From positions 1-64,000 of the forward strand of contig JYFJ02002523.1 in the NCBI GenBank assembly GCA_000934665.2: 64,000 nt of DNA, in the 5' to 3' direction. The notes beneath the pieces are model-generated. The model saw nothing but the letters and a program-made list of their open reading frames with translations. It ran no database searches and was not told the origin of the DNA. This document shows, one piece after another, positions 12,405 to 22,740 of the stretch; within the stretch, counting starts at the first letter, position 1; the number at the start of each line of letters is the position of its first letter. The translations under genes and the position numbers were made by a program. The stretch is from Catajapyx aquilonaris (Eukaryota).

Positions 12405-12598
12405 TTTTTTAATTGTTTGGGGACATAATTTTGGACCTCCTCGTTCTTGCAGTTTGTGCTGAAATGCACCATCCTTGAGATACCTCTGCTGAGTACAAAA
12501 AAGACACAAGAAAAACTTGGGTTGTATTTAATGAGAACAATACACTGTCATGAACTTAGCCTCTGTACACACACTTCTGCTCAACCCCCAAAAATGGA

Positions 12599-13404
12599 TT
12601 TATTCATTTGATTATTGTAACATGCAACAATGTGCATTAATTATGAGACATGCTCTTGGGGCTGTGATAGTTGAAATATCATTTTTTTTTACATGTAGAT
12701 AATCTGGAGGTGTTTTATTTCCATAGGGATGATTTATTGGTTAACATAATACCTCAGAATCACAGTGCCTTTAACTGCGGGATGGATGTCTCAAATGTGA
12801 CAAATATTGGTAATTAATTCCAACTGTAATGGGATGGAGAGTGGGATGAGAGGGAGCTGAATAGAAAATAGCACCAAAAATTGCGGAGGTTGGGAGCGAT
12901 CATACCTAACGTACTTTTGGTACATCCATCGCACATTAAAATAAAATAACCAAACATTGATGACAACAAACAAAAAAAAGTATGGCCCACGCAGGTAGTT
13001 TGAACATCAGTCTTGTCAATATTCCCTCCAGAATGCAACATGATTTTTTGTATGTTGTACTGTTTGTTCTGGATCATCATGAGTATTTCTTAACACGTGT
13101 GGATAGAGGGTTTTACCCAACGTCACTGTTAGGCGTACACAGGCTTTGTTCTTATTGACTATTGTGATGTGTAGGCTGTGTAAAGGAACATTGTGACAAT
13201 ATGCACATTGACCAGGACTGGACAGGCAACAGGGAATATCAAACCAGAACATTAGCACTGTACTGTATTTCATGAATAACGTCAAGGAATATTGCTTAAT
13301 GTAGCAATGAAATAGAGTGACTTTCCTGCAAAGCATAATCAGTGTGTGTGTGTGCTACTATGAGTTGGAATGGCAACAATAGCCACCGCATCTCTACATT
13401 TATT
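12599..13404 (-). promoter_or_regulatory. Candidate polyadenylation signals of multiplexin
   Basis: TTTATT on + (AATAAA on -) at 12599, 12714, 12733 and 13399. Confidence 0.3.
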
Positions 13405-14121
13405 TCACAGGGCATGATGTGCAAGATACATGATGAATTAAATTCAAAGCTTTTATAGGGGCTTGGATTTAGCTTAGGTTTAATGGTTAGGGTATTATTT
13501 GCAAGCTGTTTTGGCCCCTAATTATTTTCGGTCATCATGTGCATATATGGCTGTGGTCATGCTTGGTCTCTGACAACAAGAATCGTATGTTTTTATGTGC
13601 AACATTACATGTGTAAATCTAATTGTGAAGGGCTATTTCATGTTACATTTTGCAGGAGAGATAAAAAATTTTACAGTAAAATTATGTGTAGAAATTGGGG
13701 TTTGTATGGGAACATTTTGGCACTCTGATCCTCAAGTATAGTCAGTCAAGTAATTATGATCTAAATCATTTGAATCCTGGCCTAAAAGATGATTATGGGG
13801 TGGGGGTGGGGGGCTGGAAAATGAAAAAGATCTCATGCAAAAATCACACACACACACGCACACATGTCTCGGTCCTGTACTTGGGAAGCAGCAAATAGCA
13901 CACAGTCAAAAATTGTTCGATGAAGAACATGTAATCCACGCCACGAAACATTTTCTTGAGGACTTTTTAAACAGGGAGTTAATCAGGAAAGGCCAAAAGG
14001 CAGTGCTGACGAAACGAATGAATTTTTTCTCTCTCTCGTTACTCTCTCTCTCTTTTTACTTATTGCTCTGGTTTTAAATGGCATGCATCAGTTCACTCTC
14101 CTTTGGTCTTGGTCTGGAAAA

Positions 14122-14446
14122 TTATCCCTCAGTGGCAAGGCTGTCCAAAAACTGGTAATAATCTTCCTCTGACAGATCCCCTTCATCCTCCCACCCATTC
14201 TTCCCTTGCTTTGCCGCTCGGTGGATGCTGCGCTTCCTCCTGAAGTGCGACTGACTAGTAGCTTCGATGCACATCACAATGAACTTGTGGTTGCAGGTGA
14301 ACTTCTCGTGGTCTATGAGCCTGTGCTTCATAAGGGAAGAAGCCAGACCCACTTTGTTGGTGCTTGCAGAGTGCCATGCATCGCAGTATGTGTCCATTGC
14401 CCTCTCTCCAAAGAGATGTGACCCATGCCATACCACCTTCTGGGGC
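14122..14446 (-). CDS. Mp: Multiplexin last exon: endostatin C-terminal part plus tail
   Basis: aattctcatttcag|G CCC CAG...; (W)PQKVVWHGS...YCDAW...GLASSL...CNHKFIVMCIE; stop TAA at 14124-14122. Confidence 0.93.
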
Positions 14447-14532
14447 CTGAAATGAGAATTGTGATAATATTGGAAGTAAGGCCATGTATGTGATGTGTGA
14501 AAATATGTTGCCACATGTAATATCAATATTAC

Positions 14533-14648
14533 CATGTGAAATCCTCCAATATGTTCTTCCCACTGAAACTGTATAGTCTGGGAGGCTGAGCAAACACTCC
14601 TCCTGTCCCACTGAAGATTTCTTTCCATGAGTTGAACAGTAAATCTCC
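14533..14648 (-). CDS. Mp: Multiplexin endostatin exon
   Basis: tttgtag|GDLLFNSWKEIFSGTGGVFAQPPRLYSFSGKNILEDFT(W)|gtaata; 116 nt, phase 0/2. Confidence 0.92.
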
Positions 14649-14709
14649 CTACAAATGATTTAAGTCATGTTAGTTTCAGACTTGCCGATGACCAAGGGTG
14701 ATGACAAAC

Positions 14710-14904
14710 CTTGATATTGACAACTGGGAGGTCTCGGTCTGAGTATCGGACAATGGAATCCAGATTCTGTACCCGTGAGGAAAGGAAAGCCCGGAAAGTG
14801 CCACGTAGGTTGGCCTTACGAGCTTGTCTGTAGCAGGCGTAGTCGGCTCCTCGCACACCATGCATGTCACCAGTGTATGGCTCATTCAAGGCAGCCAACC
14901 GAAG
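14710..14904 (-). CDS. Mp: Multiplexin endostatin N-terminal exon
   Basis: atttcag|[29 protein letters not shown]...[16 protein letters not shown]...PVVNIK|gtttgt; 195 nt. Confidence 0.95.
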
Positions 14905-15055
14905 CTGAAATATAGAATCAGTTAAGCTACATGTTAACCTGATGGTGTGGTCGCAACATTCTTACCATCCGAGGGTACCACTAATGCAAGCAAGAATGAA
15001 AAACCAGAGTTTGAATTACAAAATGCAACAATGTAAGCAGGCCCAACACACTTAC

Positions 15056-15384
15056 ACTGGGTCCTTCCATGGTATTGATGAGATTCGAGGTTTCGAAAGG
15101 CGGTTTGACAATGGCTGCTGGGAGGATGGTGGACACCGGAGACTGCGTCGGAAGCGGAAGAAGCGTACCCATGGAAATGTACTGCCAGCCACTGTTGACC
15201 CGGACCAGAAGCGCTTCCTCATCGATGATGTACGCTATGGTTCCAACCTGACTCTCGTGGGACATCTTAAACATAGCATCAACATTGTTGAAAGTCACTG
15301 CCCCTGGAACCACTTTAACTCCATTGCCGTCGCTGGTTCCAGATGGACCTGGGGGACCAGGCGGTCCAGGAGGACCTGGCTGGC
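15056..15384 (-). CDS. Mp: Multiplexin last Gly-X-Y segment, trimerization domain and hinge
   Basis: attctag|(G)QPGPPGPPGPPGP...VPGAVTF...GTIAYIIDEEALLVRVNSGWQYISMG...EGPS|gtaagt; 329 nt, phase 1/0. Confidence 0.93.
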
Positions 15385-15639
15385 CTAGAATTAAAACGAG
15401 TGTGTGTGAATATTAGACAAATATTTTAAAATATAACTTGTGCTGATTTTTTCCTCTAGCTACTTGAGTACTCCAAATACCTGCTTCGGGTGGCAGATTA
15501 CCATCCGGGTACAGTTCTTTCATTGTCCGTAATTCGGCAATGCTGCTTCTGAATCCTTTTGGTGTCAGCGTGAAAGTACCAAAGTCTAGTTCGGTTCTCA
15601 ACCCTACTCTCTCTGAACATGACAGTCAATATTTCCTAC

Positions 15640-15793
15640 CTGGTCGCCCAATCCCGGATGATCCTGGCATTCCCGGAGGCCCAGGTGGACCGGACATTCC
15701 CATCATGCCTTTTCCTGGTGGTCCTGGTGGCCCCGTCACACCCATCTCGCCCTTTTCGCCCACAATGGAAAGGCCTGGTGGTCCTGGTGTGCC
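15640..15793 (-). CDS. Mp: Multiplexin collagenous exon
   Basis: ttgacag|[18 protein letters not shown]...IGRP(G)|gtagga; 154 nt, phase 0/1. Confidence 0.9.
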
Positions 15794-15855
15794 CTGTCAA
15801 CACATGGTATTGGTGAGTTACTAGGGAATGCGTGACATCGCGCTGTCTCACGTAC

Positions 15856-16050
15856 GGGCTCCCCTTTTGGTCCCAATGCGCCGGGCACAGGGACGTAGAC
15901 AGGACCTCGAGGACCTCCGTTGGAACCATCTTCTGGTGCCATATACCCCTGTGCTCCTACTGGGCCGGGTGGACCAGGAGGACCAGGTGGACCAGGAGGC
16001 CCTGGATGTCCCTGGATTCCAGGAAGTCCCGGTGGTCCTTTTTCTCTATT
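15856..16050 (-). CDS. Mp: Multiplexin collagenous exon
   Basis: attccag|NREKGPPGLPGIQG...VYVPVPGALGPKGEP|gtacgt; 195 nt. Confidence 0.9.
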
Positions 16051-16211
16051 CTGGAATAAGCGCGAGATGTATTTGTTTGTACCACCCCCAAAATATGGAA
16101 TAGTGCGTATAGAGTTGGGATTAGAAATGAAATGAGAAGTGTTATGTAGTACTAGCACAGCGATAAAGGCAAAGCAAAATAAGAGATAGCTCCTGGTACT
16201 GTGTTACGTAC

Positions 16212-16298
16212 CGACCCAGATACCCCCCTTTCCCCGTTTGGTCCATTCTGACCGTCATGACCGGGGAGACCAGGGGGACCTGGATACCCGTCTCTGCC
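16212..16298 (-). CDS. Mp: Multiplexin collagenous exon
   Basis: ccctgcag|GRDGYPGPPGLPGHDGQNGPNGERGVSGS|gtacgt; 87 nt. Confidence 0.88.
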
Positions 16299-16552
16299 CT
16301 GCAGGGAATGAAAGTCACACTGGTCAAGCTAAGCAAATAAATAAATATTAGCGTCCAAAGCAACAAAATGAGCCAAATAATAATGGGACTGGTCACACTA
16401 CTTTGTCGGCTAATAACTTACCTTCCCAGATGTCTGTACAGCATTGGAAAAATATATTACAGTTATCATTAATATCCAAAATGCAAGCAAGATTAGGGAA
16501 AAATCGTGAAATTACAATGATTAACGTAATTAGGCATGAACACGGGACTTAC

Positions 16553-16947
16553 GGGCCAGCCTGGAAGACCGATTTCTCCTCCTGCCCCAGCCTTTCCTGG
16601 AGGACCTGGAGGACCAGGTTTACCCCTGCGACCTCTCTTTCCTTGCTCGCCAAGATCGCCCTTTTCCCCCTTGACGGTGATGATGTCTCCATTGGCGTCT
16701 GCCACCAGAGTTGGTCCCGGAGGTCCTCTCTCTCCTCTCTCTCCTTTTGTCCCCGGTGGCCCTATCGGTCCTGAAGGCCCCAGCTGACCCACGTCACCTT
16801 TGTCGCCAGGTGTACCTGGGACCCCATTGATGCCCGAAACTCCTGACTGACCCCGATCACCTGACTCTCCCTTTTCGCCCTTCGAACCATGCGGACCACG
16901 ATCTCCAGGTAATCCAGGGGGTCCCGGTTCACCTCTTCTGGACAGCG
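16553..16947 (-). CDS. Mp: Multiplexin collagenous exon
   Basis: gttacag|(A)LSRRGEPGPPG...IITVKGEKG...GEIGLPGWP|gtaagt; 395 nt, phase 1/0. Confidence 0.88.
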
Positions 16948-17046
16948 CTGTAACTTTGGTTTTATTAGTCAACAGTCAGTTTATTGTCAACACCAGCATG
17001 TTCAGCCTTGTAAGATCAAGACTACTTCGATCGAAGGTGTGCTTAC

Positions 17047-17151
17047 CAAAGCTCGAACCTTGGAAGTAATCCGGGTCATCTGTTGAGCTGAGGCTGTACA
17101 CTGGACCCGGGAGTCCTGGCATACCCGGAGCTCCTGTCTCACCAGGCTCGC
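17047..17151 (-). CDS. Mp: Multiplexin collagenous/interruption exon
   Basis: attttag|(G)EPGETGAPGMPGLPGPVYSLSSTDDPDYFQGSSF|gtaagc; 105 nt, phase 1/1. Confidence 0.88.
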
Positions 17152-17210
17152 CTAAAATAATGGCAATCGTTGTGAACACACTGATTCTTCAACATTAATC
17201 GCCACCTTAC

Positions 17211-17328
17211 CTTTCTCACCTTTCCCACCGGGCCTGCCATTATCACCCGGTAATCCAGGTATCCCGTCCCTCCCCGTTGGCCCCGAGTCGCCTTTGAAAC
17301 CCTGGAGCCCCTGAGTCCCTTGGAAACC
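17211..17328 (-). CDS. Mp: Multiplexin collagenous exon
   Basis: gttgcag|GFQGTQGLQGFKGDSG...GGKGEK(G)|gtaagg; 118 nt. Confidence 0.9.
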
Positions 17329-17383
17329 CTGCAACACGAGACATTAAATCCACATTCAAACTGTGCCAACACCAAACCCATAC

Positions 17384-17554
17384 CCTTTCGCCCTTGTCCC
17401 CTTTTGGTCCGTGGTTGCCCCTGTCCCCCTTGATGCCCATGTCACCCCTGTCGCCTTTGGGACCAGGAAATCCAGCTGTCCCTGGGTCGCCCTTGGCTCC
17501 AGGAGTGCCAGGTCTGGCCAGATTGGCACCACCCAAGCCAGTATTGGACATATC
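17384..17554 (-). CDS. Mp: Multiplexin collagenous exon
   Basis: tttgcag|DMSNTGLGGANLARPGTPGAKG...GDKGER|gtatgg; 171 nt. Confidence 0.9.
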
Positions 17555-17825
17555 CTGCAAAGGAATTTTTATCTTCTGATGCCAGGAACACCAATCAACC
17601 CCTCAAGTGTCATAACCGGATGGGATGATTATTAGGAAATGTCTAAGAAAGTCGTTAGGAGAGATCCAATATTTCAAATCATTCTCTTTTTTTGAGGGAG
17701 AGAGAGAGGAGGGTTAGGTGGGGGGCTATCATCGTATCTTGTTGATTTCTATTCCCCACGAGATGTGAGATCCTCCCCGCCCTATAATTAAGGTCTGACC
17801 CCACAGCTCTTTTATTCGTCCTCAC

Positions 17826-17858
17826 CTTGAACATGCTGCGACGTACCGGCCAGTCCGG
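17826..17858 (-). CDS. Mp: Multiplexin 33-nt mini-exon (non-collagenous interruption)
   Basis: cacgcttag|PDWPVRRSMFK|gtgagg; phase 0/0. Confidence 0.7.
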
Positions 17859-17931
17859 CTAAGCGTGCGTGGAAAGCCATATTTGATCCCCCTCATATCT
17901 GATTATATTGAGACGAGTCAATTATACTTAC

Positions 17932-18020
17932 ATCATACCCGCCAATTCCGGGAGGACCTGCCGGACCCACAGGACCTGTAAGACCTGGCGGACCTGGTAT
18001 TCCATCTCTGCCTGGTTCAC
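17932..18020 (-). CDS. Mp: Multiplexin collagenous exon
   Basis: ctcacag|(G)EPGRDGIPGPPGLTGPVGPAGPPGIGGYD|gtaagt; 89 nt. Confidence 0.9.
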
Positions 18021-18081
18021 CTGTGAGATACACACACGTGTTGGTCATTTCCCCGATATGATCGTATAGAGTACGGTATAC

Positions 18082-18190
18082 CTTTGGATCCTTGAATACC
18101 TTCCCTGCCCGTAGCCCCAACCTCGCCTCTTTCTCCCTTTTCGCCTTTGGGACCTGACGGACCTCTGATGCCCTGCGGACCTTGCTGACC
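18082..18190 (-). CDS. Mp: Multiplexin collagenous exon
   Basis: ccggcag|GQQGPQGIRGPSGPKGEKGERGEVGATGREGIQGSK(G)|gtatac; 109 nt. Confidence 0.9.
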
Positions 18191-18252
18191 CTGCCGGAAT
18201 GCAATATATTTGACGTCAACGCTGCTGGTTAAGAATTATGTGCTTCACTTAC

Positions 18253-18408
18253 GGACAGTCCCGGTGGTCCAGTTTTTCCATCAGCTCCTGGCGGTCCCGG
18301 CGGTCCAGGCTGCATCTCCGGGAACGTAAGATGGCTCATCATCATTGTAGTGTTGCAGGTGCACACTCCAGGTGGTCCAGGAGGACCCGGAGGACCGCCG
18401 CCCAGGAG
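18253..18408 (-). CDS. Mp: Multiplexin collagenous exon with CxC interruption
   Basis: ttgcttag|LLGGGPPGPPGPPGVCTCNTTMMMSHLTFPEMQPGPPG...GLS|gtaagt; 156 nt. Confidence 0.88.
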
Positions 18409-18487
18409 CTAAGCAAACCGGAAGAACGCGTTATTAATCATAATTCACAAAGAGGCGGTTGAAATGTCTCTGGTTCTGACCGCTCAC

Positions 18488-18502
18488 CTTGATAGTCCCT
18501 TT
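18488..18502 (-). CDS. Mp: Putative 15-nt micro-exon of multiplexin
   Basis: cattctcag|AAAGGGACTATCAAG (KGTIK)|gtgagc; frame-preserving; flanking introns 74 and 79 nt. Confidence 0.55.
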
Positions 18503-18576
18503 CTGAGAATGCGTTATGAGAGATCAGAGCTCGTATATTACTCGAAACAAAAACATGCACAGGTGTGTGGACTTAC

Positions 18577-18690
18577 CCCGTCTTCTCCAGAACCAGTTTC
18601 GGCGTAACCCCATCCTGGACCAGAAGGTCCCATTGGCCCCGGGAGACCTGGCGCACCCGGTGGACCTGGAGGACCCCGGATGTCTTGGCC
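18577..18690 (-). CDS. Mp: Multiplexin collagenous exon ending in a Ser-Gly site
   Basis: tcctatag|GQDIRGPPGPPGAPGLPGPMGPSGPGWGYAETGSGEDG|gtaagt; 114 nt. Confidence 0.88.
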
Positions 18691-18784
18691 CTATAGGAGG
18701 CAGACAAGTTTAACATTTACTCCAATCTGTACTGATGATTACGTCATGAACGCACACTAATTAAATCCTAAGATATAGACGTAC

Positions 18785-18840
18785 TTTTTCTCCACGTTCG
18801 CCTTTCGGTCCTCTCTCCCCAGGGGGTCCTCTGTACGCTT
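18785..18840 (-). CDS. Mp: Multiplexin first collagenous exon
   Basis: tttttccag|(E)AYRGPPGERGPKGERGEK|gtacgt; 56 nt, phase 1/0. Confidence 0.88.
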
Positions 18841-19358
18841 CTGGAAAAAAAGCAGGAAAAATATTAGGTTAGCCATCTTTCTCATTGGTTAATTAGATGA
18901 AGTCGTGACTGGAATTAAGATTTTGGAGCATCAAAGAAGCCGAAAAAGGACGTGCCCCCTAATTAAGTAATCGCCCTGATGAATTAATACGGACAATTAC
19001 AGCTCACTTCCTGAGGACAGTCACCACCTTCTGCATGATTTAAGCCGGATTCAAACTGCTTTTTTTATTTTCACAGGGTGACTGCAAAGAAGAGCAGCCA
19101 GGTTTGACGTTCCGCGCCGCTGATCCATTACTCACGCCACTCTGAATTTGTTTTATCATTCCGCCACATGGGGCAGCACCGGTCGCGCCCTTGAATTTTG
19201 CAGACAACGCTAATACATTTTAATTGACAATTCCAACTCTATAGTTGAATATCGAATTAATCGCGCAACAAGTAATGCTAGTAATGTTTGAGTGAGAGAT
19301 CACTCAAATTCATCCTAAAACCTTTCAAATTGAACCCATATGTCGAATGTATATTTAC

Positions 19359-19476
19359 CTTCGTCTCCAGGCATAGGCATAGGTGGAACAGGCGGCATGG
19401 GAGGCGGTGATTCCAGCCCTTCTTCCCCACTAATCAGGGGCCGCTCACCCGACTCCTCACCTTCGTCTTGGTCAAT
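19359..19476 (-). CDS. Mp: Multiplexin acidic/Pro-rich exon
   Basis: gttgctcag|IDQDEGEESGERPLISGEEGLESPPPMPPVPPMPMPGDE|gtaaat; 118 nt, phase 0/1. Confidence 0.82.
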
Positions 19477-22400
19477 CTGAGCAACAAATATATTGAATTA
19501 GAGGCCACAGGGCGGTCCATATCATCCTCGCCCACTTCTTCTTCCGCTGATGCGATCCTCCCACGGGACTTGATTTGTGAACAGGACCTTTGGCACGGTG
19601 GGCAATATATCACCTGGGAGAGGTTTCCTGGGCTGGAAAACCCAATCTGTCTGAGAGCAGGAGATAATAGAGGGCGACACGCGTTGACACTAATTAGCAA
19701 CCTGTTGAACGCGCAATTGGTTTTGCGGGAATCCTACAGGTGAAGTGCATTTCTGGGAAGCGGTCGACGGACATTAGCAGAGGCAGCTAGACTCGGAACC
19801 AAAATAGTTATTTCAAAGGTCGAAGCTATACGATAAATGATTAATGTGCGGTCATCCGCTGCTCTTGCTGGGTTCCAAATGAAGGTGGCGTGGCTGTAAT
19901 TTTTTTGTTGGGGGCAATAACTGGTACTTACCAGCGGCTACGTTTTGGTCTTTACATGCTGCTGAGTTAACCATCAATGAAAGCCCATGTTCGACCTACA
20001 TGGCCCACTAATTAAAACCGCATTCTTCTAACTAATATGACTAGCCATATCATTCTGTATCTGCCTGTAAACCTGAGACCGACAGGTGTTGAGTACACCT
20101 CGAAGCATAATAAAAAGGCATTGGCCTCCGTGCCCATAGCGCTCTGTAAATACACTAAATCTCTTCAGATATTCAAATGAGTGACTAAGTGATTCGAGGA
20201 CCAACACAAGTTACGAGAGCATAAAGGAACAACACTAATTGAAATTCCGAAACAATTCCCTTGGCCTACAGGCGCAGAGAGATGTTGGTGGAGATTACCA
20301 TAATGAATGCATGCAGGTGGTCCGTGTCTGAGGGTGTGTGTGCAGCATTCATTACGCTTGCAGAAACATACACCGAGCTAATTGATTGCCATGTACTGAC
20401 ACGAGCTCAGGTGCATATATCGGGGAAGGCTGGATGAGGATTAGTTTCAGAATGGAGAATGTCAGCACCAGCAGGGAGGGACCCTGATGCCAAAGGGTTT
20501 AAGGCTGGCCAATATCATTTTATTTGCTCAGGGGACAAGTTGGGGAATTACTCGCCTGGGTGATGACAGGATGAGTAATAATGGGTAGTGGAGGGGGCAC
20601 TCTGTACCATCTGGTTTCAACAAGGAAGAAATGCTACGTATATTTAGCCAGCGAAAATTTCAGATTCTGTGAAGTTTGGGACACCCTGTGATAATTTGCA
20701 CCCGAATGCAGTCTGGATGAAGGCATCGAATTCGTTAGAGATTCTCAAATAGTGCCCAACCGGAGATCCCATGTTTCCCAGCATTTTTAAGTGCTAGGGG
20801 TGGAGTATTAATTTAACCACTTTTTGTGGCCAAGACCACCAAAGATCTCTGCATGTGAGCGACCACCCGCTACACAAGCTCTTCTGACCATTGAGTATAC
20901 CATCCAATATTCATTCACTTCCACGTAACCACCAAGCATCGACGAATCTGCAGTTATTGACACCATGTATTCATATACCTTAAAAAAAACTCGCTGCAAA
21001 TAATATTTTTATAACTCAATTTCTTTTGTTGTGTTTGAAGTAGCGCACCTGCCAGGTATTGCAGTAATTTACTAAGAATTTATTAGTATTGAAGAGTTCC
21101 TTATTGTCAAGGAAAAGTTGCAAGCGGATTTGTAATAATTGGCCTGCCTGTAGCCATCACATGGTGTTACTGGATGATGAGTTCTTTTTTGTTACTAGAG
21201 CTTGTTAACCTTGCCTTTGAGTTGTGTCACATGATTACAGGGTTAGATCTAGGCATATTATTTTATTTCTCTGCAACGGATGGTGATGTTTGACATAATG
21301 ATGTCGTTAAGCGCAAGGTTAAATCGATTGTGGCATGCACAAAAATGTAGGTTATTATAGCTTGTAGTTTTAGTGCCTTGAGATATATTACAGTGTAGCA
21401 ATTTTTAAAAGACGTGAACAGTTCACTCGAAATTGAACTCACTTCACGGTACACATAAATTGAAAAAATAGTCTACAATCCTGCCAATTAATAACCTAAG
21501 TAGAAGCCATGATTACGTATTTTAATGAGTTACTGCCATTAAAACGTAGATAGGAAGCACTGCGTATATGAAATCAAGTTAGGAATGGGGATGCCACAAA
21601 TTAAAAATTTATTCTCATGAATAATTTAACGCTATTTCGATTATTCTACCGAGTTTGTACATGCATGGAAATCCCGCAGGAGGTACAAAAATTGCTGACA
21701 TTTTTCGTACTGCCTACAGATTACTGCACCTTCCACTGTGAACCTTGACATAAATCGTTATTTCTCATATCTACCTGACCTTTTCATTCAAGACCTTTTG
21801 AGCTAAAACGGTCGCATTTTCGTCTTGGTTTGGTGGCTGTGTCTTGCTGCATACATTGCGGTGCTATAGTATATTTTATACATTTTTGTGTACATATTTA
21901 ATTCACCTTCCCGTGTCCTTTTTCATGCATCATAAATGCAATGACATTCCCGCATTATATGTTACTTATTGAAACATCAAAATAAAAATGTTAGTTAAGC
22001 ATGTTAGTAGGATAAAAAAGCGTAGGTAAGCTGTGTGTGCAAGAGTTGGCATTCCAGTTTGGAGTATCCTTCAACATGCCAGCTGTCTTTTTCGGAGTCT
22101 CCCGTCTAAGATATACACACTAGGAGCCTACACATCGTGATGAACAAAAACTGATACTGGTCTTCAAAACTTTTTTTTTAAAGGAGGCAATGAGAAAAAA
22201 ATAGTCTACTGGGTGTTAATCACTCCAGATGTTTCAAACGTGAGTTAGGTTTTAAACGCAATTGTTATTATGCCTCAATAATAATGTAATCATAACGAGT
22301 AATTTTTTGCTGGAATGCATTGGCAATAAACATTAATGATAGTTTTTAGTAATTTCATTTTATGGACTTATGAAACTCATTCAGGTGGTTTATTTTACTG

Positions 22401-22698
22401 CAATATTGGAGTTAGTATTATGTTACAAAAACGTGAATTTGCCACTTAAAAATTGCAGTCAGTGTAACAATAACGCATTAATATTCTACTGCCACGTATC
22501 AATAATAAATATCTGTACAGTGCTGATTAGAATAATACCATTGTACCATAACCGCCACCACCATGCGCTGATAATAAAAAAGTGTTATATGAAAAAAAGA
22601 AGAAAATTGTTGTTATCCACACAGCTGCTTCAGGAGGTCAGATTTTACTCAAGTTGCCTACAAGAAAGGGTCAAAAAATAAACTTCAAAAAAACATAC

Positions 22699-22740
22699 CG
22701 ATATATCACTTCTGCCTTCTCCGTCGCCGGAACCGAAGCC
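22699..22740 (-). CDS. Mp: Multiplexin 42-nt exon with GSGDG motif
   Basis: gtcatttcag|GFGSGDGEGRSDIS|gtatgt; phase 0/0; Ser-Gly motif expected right after the TSPN domain. Confidence 0.78.

Noticed and set aside
14447..14628. N-terminal part of ORF 14122..14628
   Set aside because: Wrong frame plus intron read-through; the true structure is exons 14533-14648 and 14122-14446
14942..18713. Plus-strand PGGPGGP-rich ORFs
   Set aside because: Antisense translations of Gly-Pro-Pro collagen codons
19477..19650. Upstream alternative acceptor (ctctcag) that would extend the acidic exon
   Set aside because: The extension contains an in-frame TAA in the required phase-0 frame; the proximal acceptor at 19477 fits
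19071..20691. 10-bp inverted repeat TCACAGGGTG / CACCCTGTGA resembling Tc1/mariner ends
   Set aside because: No TA duplication, short match, and it brackets a host exon; probably chance or unrelated relic ends
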